The position numbers and the translations under genes were made by a program. From Eubacteriales bacterium (GTDB lineage Bacteria; Bacillota; Clostridia; Oscillospirales; JAAYXM01): a stretch of 64,000 bases of DNA. The notes under the pieces were generated by a model, which worked only from the letters and a program-made list of their open reading frames with translations, ran no database searches and had not been told where the DNA came from. This document shows positions 60,525 to 64,000 of the stretch, piece by piece. The stretch is from NCBI GenBank assembly GCA_045595365.1, contig JAZOAI010000005.1:1198-65197 (forward strand), read 5' to 3'. The stretch's first letter is position 1. Each line of letters starts with the position of its first letter.

Positions 60525-62255
60525 CTATTCAAAAAAATCGTTATCTCTGAACTGAAGCGAATATAACTTTTTATACATTCCGCCTTTTTCCATAAGCTGC
60601 TCGTGTGTTCCGCGTTCCAGAATTTGCCCCTCTGTCACCACAACAATTTCATCGGCGTTTCTGATTGTTGAAAGACGATGTGCCACGACTAATGTTGTTC
60701 TGCCTTTGCAAAGCTCGTCCAACGCTTGCTGAATTAAAACCTCCGTAGTATTATCAAGTGCGCTTGTAGCTTCATCAAGAATAAGAATGGCGGGATCTTT
60801 CAAAAACACCCTTGCTATACTTATTCTCTGCTTCTGACCGCCCGAAAGCTTGACTCCACGCTCACCGATTTCAGTATCATAGCCGTTTTGAAGGGTTAAA
60901 ATATATTCATGAATATTTGCCTTTTTCGCCGCTTCAAAAATTTCTTCGTCTGTTGCATCAGGTCTGCCGTACAAAATATTTTCTTTTATTGTCCCCGCAA
61001 AAAGAAAAACATCCTGCTGAACAATGCCAATACATTTTCTGACAGACTCTAACGTGAGGTCTCGAATATTTTTATTGTCAATTAAAATTTCTCCGTCGCC
61101 TTCCAGCTTATAAAAATTCGGAAGCAAATGACAGATTGTGGTTTTTCCGCCGCCTGACGGGCCCACAAGTGCAAGCTTTCTCCCCTTTTCTATTCTCATG
61201 CTCACATTATGCAGCACTTCTTTTGTTGTATCATACGTAAATGAAACATTTCTAAACTCAATATTGCCCTCAACATTTTCAAGCACAACAGCAGCATCGC
61301 TATCGGCCTCAGGCTCTTCTTCCATTATTTCAACAAAACGTTTAAATCCGCTTACACCGTTTTGGAATTGCTCCATAAATCCTATAAGAGTTGTTACCGG
61401 ATTTATAAATAAATTCACCGAAACGATAAATGTAGAATAATCACCGAACGAAATACGGCCTGAGTACAAAAACAATCCGCCCGCGATCAAAATAATTACG
61501 TTAAAAATGTCTGTAATAAATGTTGTTGACGAATGAAATTTCGCCATTGCCGAATATGCCCTTTTTGATGAATCTACAAACTCCTTATCTCCTTTTTTAA
61601 ACTTGTCTATTTCAAGTTCGCAGTTAGTGTATGCCTTTGTTACCCTTATTCCCGTTATACTGCTTTCTACCGCAGCATTTATCGTTGCATTGCTTTTTCT
61701 TCTGTCCGAAAAAGCTGTTTTCATAGCTTTTCTGTAATGTGCAGTTACAATAATCAAAATCGGAACACAAGCAAAAATAATTAAAGTAAGTATAACATCG
61801 ATACTTAAAAGGTAGCTAAATGACAAAATAATCATAACCGTGCTGATTAAAATGTTTTCGGGACCGTGGTGAGCAAGCTCACAAACCTCAAACAAGTCGC
61901 TGGTAATTCTTGTCATAATTCTGCCGGTCTCGTTGTTATCATAAAACTTATAAGGTAATTTTTGTAAATGCTTAAATAAATCCACTCTCATTTGTGATTG
62001 CATTTTCACACCTATGATATGGCCGTAATACTGCACAAAATATCTTAAAAACAATCTTATAATATACAAAACAAGCACAATAATTCCCGCAAATACTATG
62101 GTTTTGTACATTTTATTCGGTATATAATTGTTAAGCATTTTGTTTGTAACGACCGGATAAACCATCCCCGTCAACGATATCAAAAGTGCTGCAAGCATAT
62201 CAAGTGCAAGCATTTTTTTGTGTGGTCTGTAATAACTTATAAACTTCTTCAGCAT
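60525..62255 (-). CDS. ABC transporter ATP-binding/permease (multidrug exporter type)
   Basis: TM domain with ELAHHGPE; [25 protein letters not shown]. Confidence 0.95.
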   Translation of the reverse strand: MLKKFISYYRPHKKMLALDMLAALLISLTGMVYPVVTNKMLNNYIPNKMYKTIVFAGIIVLVLYIIRLFLRYFVQYYGHIIGVKMQSQMRVDLFKHLQKLPYKFYDNNETGRIMTRITSDLFEVCELAHHGPENILISTVMIILSFSYLLSIDVILTLIIFACVPILIIVTAHYRKAMKTAFSDRRKSNATINAAVESSITGIRVTKAYTNCELEIDKFKKGDKEFVDSSKRAYSAMAKFHSSTTFITDIFNVIILIAGGLFLYSGRISFGDYSTFIVSVNLFINPVTTLIGFMEQFQNGVSGFKRFVEIMEEEPEADSDAAVVLENVEGNIEFRNVSFTYDTTKEVLHNVSMRIEKGRKLALVGPSGGGKTTICHLLPNFYKLEGDGEILIDNKNIRDLTLESVRKCIGIVQQDVFLFAGTIKENILYGRPDATDEEIFEAAKKANIHEYILTLQNGYDTEIGERGVKLSGGQKQRISIARVFLKDPAILILDEATSALDNTTEVLIQQALDELCKGRTTLVVAHRLSTIRNADEIVVVTEGQILERGTHEQLMEKGGMYKKLYSLQFRDNDFFE

Positions 62256-62297
62256 TACTTTACCCCATTTCTTAAATCTGTTTACTTCTTTTTTGTA

Positions 62298-63461
62298 TTA
62301 ATTTATGCCCAGTAAAGCTTCTGCAAAGGTTTTTAGTTTTTCGATTGAATCGGAAAGAACCTTCCCTTGTGCATAATTCTGTTTTCCGCCACCCTTTCCC
62401 TCAAAGGCGTCGTTAAGCTTCTTCACTATCGGTCTTATATCATACCGATGGCTACTCACAACGTATATATAGCTCTCGCCATCACTTTTTGAGAAAAGAA
62501 GCGCGATATCCGCACCCTCACCGGAAAGCATATTTGCACAATGGCGAAGCTCGTCGTATGACAAATTTTCGGAGAAGGCATAGGCCGAGTTGTTTACTCT
62601 GACGGGAGATAACTCGCTCCAGGCAAGCCGACACAAAAGTTCTTTGTTTTCGCGGCGGAGTGAGTCTGCAAGCTCCACCTGTCGCTTCGCGGCGTCGGAA
62701 ACCGCTTCCCTTGAAACAGAGAGGGTTTTCATCATCTGCTTATTCGAATAATTGAGCATTGAATAATCGCGCAGCGCCTCATACCCTGCGAGTACGGTCA
62801 GGCGCGTTCCCCCTTTATTCGGAGTTGCATCAATAATCTTAACAAGGCCTATCTCCCCCGTTTTGGCAACGTGCGGGGCACAGCAGGCGCAACAATCAAT
62901 GCCCTCTACCATAACAAGCCGAAGATTTTCGATGTTTTCAAGTTTGCTTCTGTACGAAATTCTTTGCGCTTCTTCATCAGTTGGATAAAAAGCTGTAATT
63001 GCAAGGTTTTTCCATAGTGTAAAGTTTACTTCCTTTTCAGTTCTTTCTATATCAGACTGCGTAAGCGCACCGTCAAAATCAACAGTCATTTCAGATTCGC
63101 TCATATGAAAACCGACGTTGTTATATCCGAAAAGAGAGTGGACTATTCCCGAAAGGATATGCTCTCCCGAATGGCGCTGCATACGGCAAAAGCGCAAGGG
63201 CCAGTCAATCCATCCCGTGACCTTTTCGCCGCAAGAAAATGCAGTGGCAATCTTGTGAATAACAACGCCATCACTTATCTGAACATCAATCACTTCTTCA
63301 CCGTCAATCGTTCCTTTGTCGGGAGCTTGTCCACCACCCTCGGGGAAAAATGCAGTTCGGTCGAGCACAACATCATATGCGCCGCCGTTTTCAGCACACG
63401 AAATGACCGTTGCCTCAAACTCATAACAGTATGAATCTTTCTCGTAAAGCTTTTCTGTCAT
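62298..63461 (-). CDS. Alanyl-tRNA editing protein AlaX with DHHA1 domain (start approximate)
   Basis: TAFFPEGGGQ..D.G, MQRHSGEH, CCAPH, GKGGGK..AQG. Confidence 0.9.
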   Translation of the reverse strand: MTEKLYEKDSYCYEFEATVISCAENGGAYDVVLDRTAFFPEGGGQAPDKGTIDGEEVIDVQISDGVVIHKIATAFSCGEKVTGWIDWPLRFCRMQRHSGEHILSGIVHSLFGYNNVGFHMSESEMTVDFDGALTQSDIERTEKEVNFTLWKNLAITAFYPTDEEAQRISYRSKLENIENLRLVMVEGIDCCACCAPHVAKTGEIGLVKIIDATPNKGGTRLTVLAGYEALRDYSMLNYSNKQMMKTLSVSREAVSDAAKRQVELADSLRRENKELLCRLAWSELSPVRVNNSAYAFSENLSYDELRHCANMLSGEGADIALLFSKSDGESYIYVVSSHRYDIRPIVKKLNDAFEGKGGGKQNYAQGKVLSDSIEKLKTFAEALLGIN

Positions 63462-63496
63462 ATTTCTCATCTCTCTTTCAGAATTCATCCCATTTT

Positions 63497-63528
63497 AATG
63501 CTGACAAGGTTAAGACCTTGTCAGCATT
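63497..63528. terminator. Strong hairpin between nagA and alaX
   Basis: aatgctgacaaggt/accttgtcagcatt. Confidence 0.55.
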
Positions 63529-63588
63529 CAGAAAACCGCCTTAGGGTCATTTATAGTCTTTACCATACGAACACATTCAGGTTCGCGT

Positions 63589-64000
63589 TCAGCAATCATA
63601 ATTTTCCCCTTTGTATCTTACCTCTCCGCCCAAGATTGTCATAACAACATTGAACTTCTCGTCGGCAATTATTATATCAGCTCGTTTTCCCTCATCAAGA
63701 GAACCGATTTCCCCGTCTTCTCCCATAGCTGTTGCAGGGTTTAAGGATGCACACCTCACAGCTTCAAACAGTTCAAGGTCAGAATTTTCATAAAGATTGA
63801 AAACCGCCTCATTAAGCTTAAGAACACTGCCTGCAATAGTGCCGTCGGGCAGTAAACACTTGATTCCCTCTTTATGTAGCGGCTGCCCGCCGAGAGTATA
63901 GTCACCGTCAGGCATCCCTCCGGCTCTTATGCAGTCGGTAATCAAACAAAGCTTATCATCTTTGATTTTGGCAAGCAGCCCGAAAAGGCCTTTATCCACA
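63589..64000 (-). CDS. nagA: N-acetylglucosamine-6-phosphate deacetylase, C-terminal part (5'-truncated by window)
   Basis: LITD....G..DG.Y.LGG, GTIAGS, ASLNPA, GSL..GKRAD. Confidence 0.9.
   Translation of the reverse strand, partial: VDKGLFGLLAKIKDDKLCLITDCIRAGGMPDGDYTLGGQPLHKEGIKCLLPDGTIAGSVLKLNEAVFNLYENSDLELFEAVRCASLNPATAMGEDGEIGSLDEGKRADIIIADEKFNVVMTILGGEVRYKGENYDC

Overview
Chromosomal window from a spore-forming Clostridia-type Firmicute (Oscillospiraceae/Ruminococcaceae-like gene order; inferred, not verified). 1-19.6 kb: end of a sodium-dependent (SNF/NSS) transporter, rplU-prp-rpmA-obgE, then the S10-spc-alpha ribosomal protein superoperon (rpsJ to rplQ, with secY, adk, map, infA, rpoA). 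19.6-43 kb: sporulation genes (spoVAF/gerA-like, bofC-like, bofA, yaaL, a tiny Cys-rich peptide), recD2-comF-mreB, pgi, and a long minus-strand operon (methyltransferase-ecfA1A2T-truA-DUF5711-cvpA-pgsA-clp-arsC-HAD), followed by a PqqD/S26-peptidase pair. 43-54.4 kb: argCJBDF plus carB fused to a DapF-like domain, metK and a Mn-catalase. 54.4-60.5 kb: an AT-rich accessory island. It is built from a repeated TTTTTGTCCCTRACTTGACA site and REP-like palindromes that bracket single genes, and it holds a degenerate tyrosine-recombinase-like gene coupled to an HNH nuclease, Bro-N, DUF3791, a P-loop protein, IS30 and DUF559. 60.5-64 kb: ABC transporter, AlaX-type editing protein and the 3' end of nagA. 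The most novel-looking signals are the cassette-like island architecture, two candidate C-rich sRNAs, and the CarB-DapF fusion lacking one catalytic Cys. No rRNA, tRNA or CRISPR array was seen.
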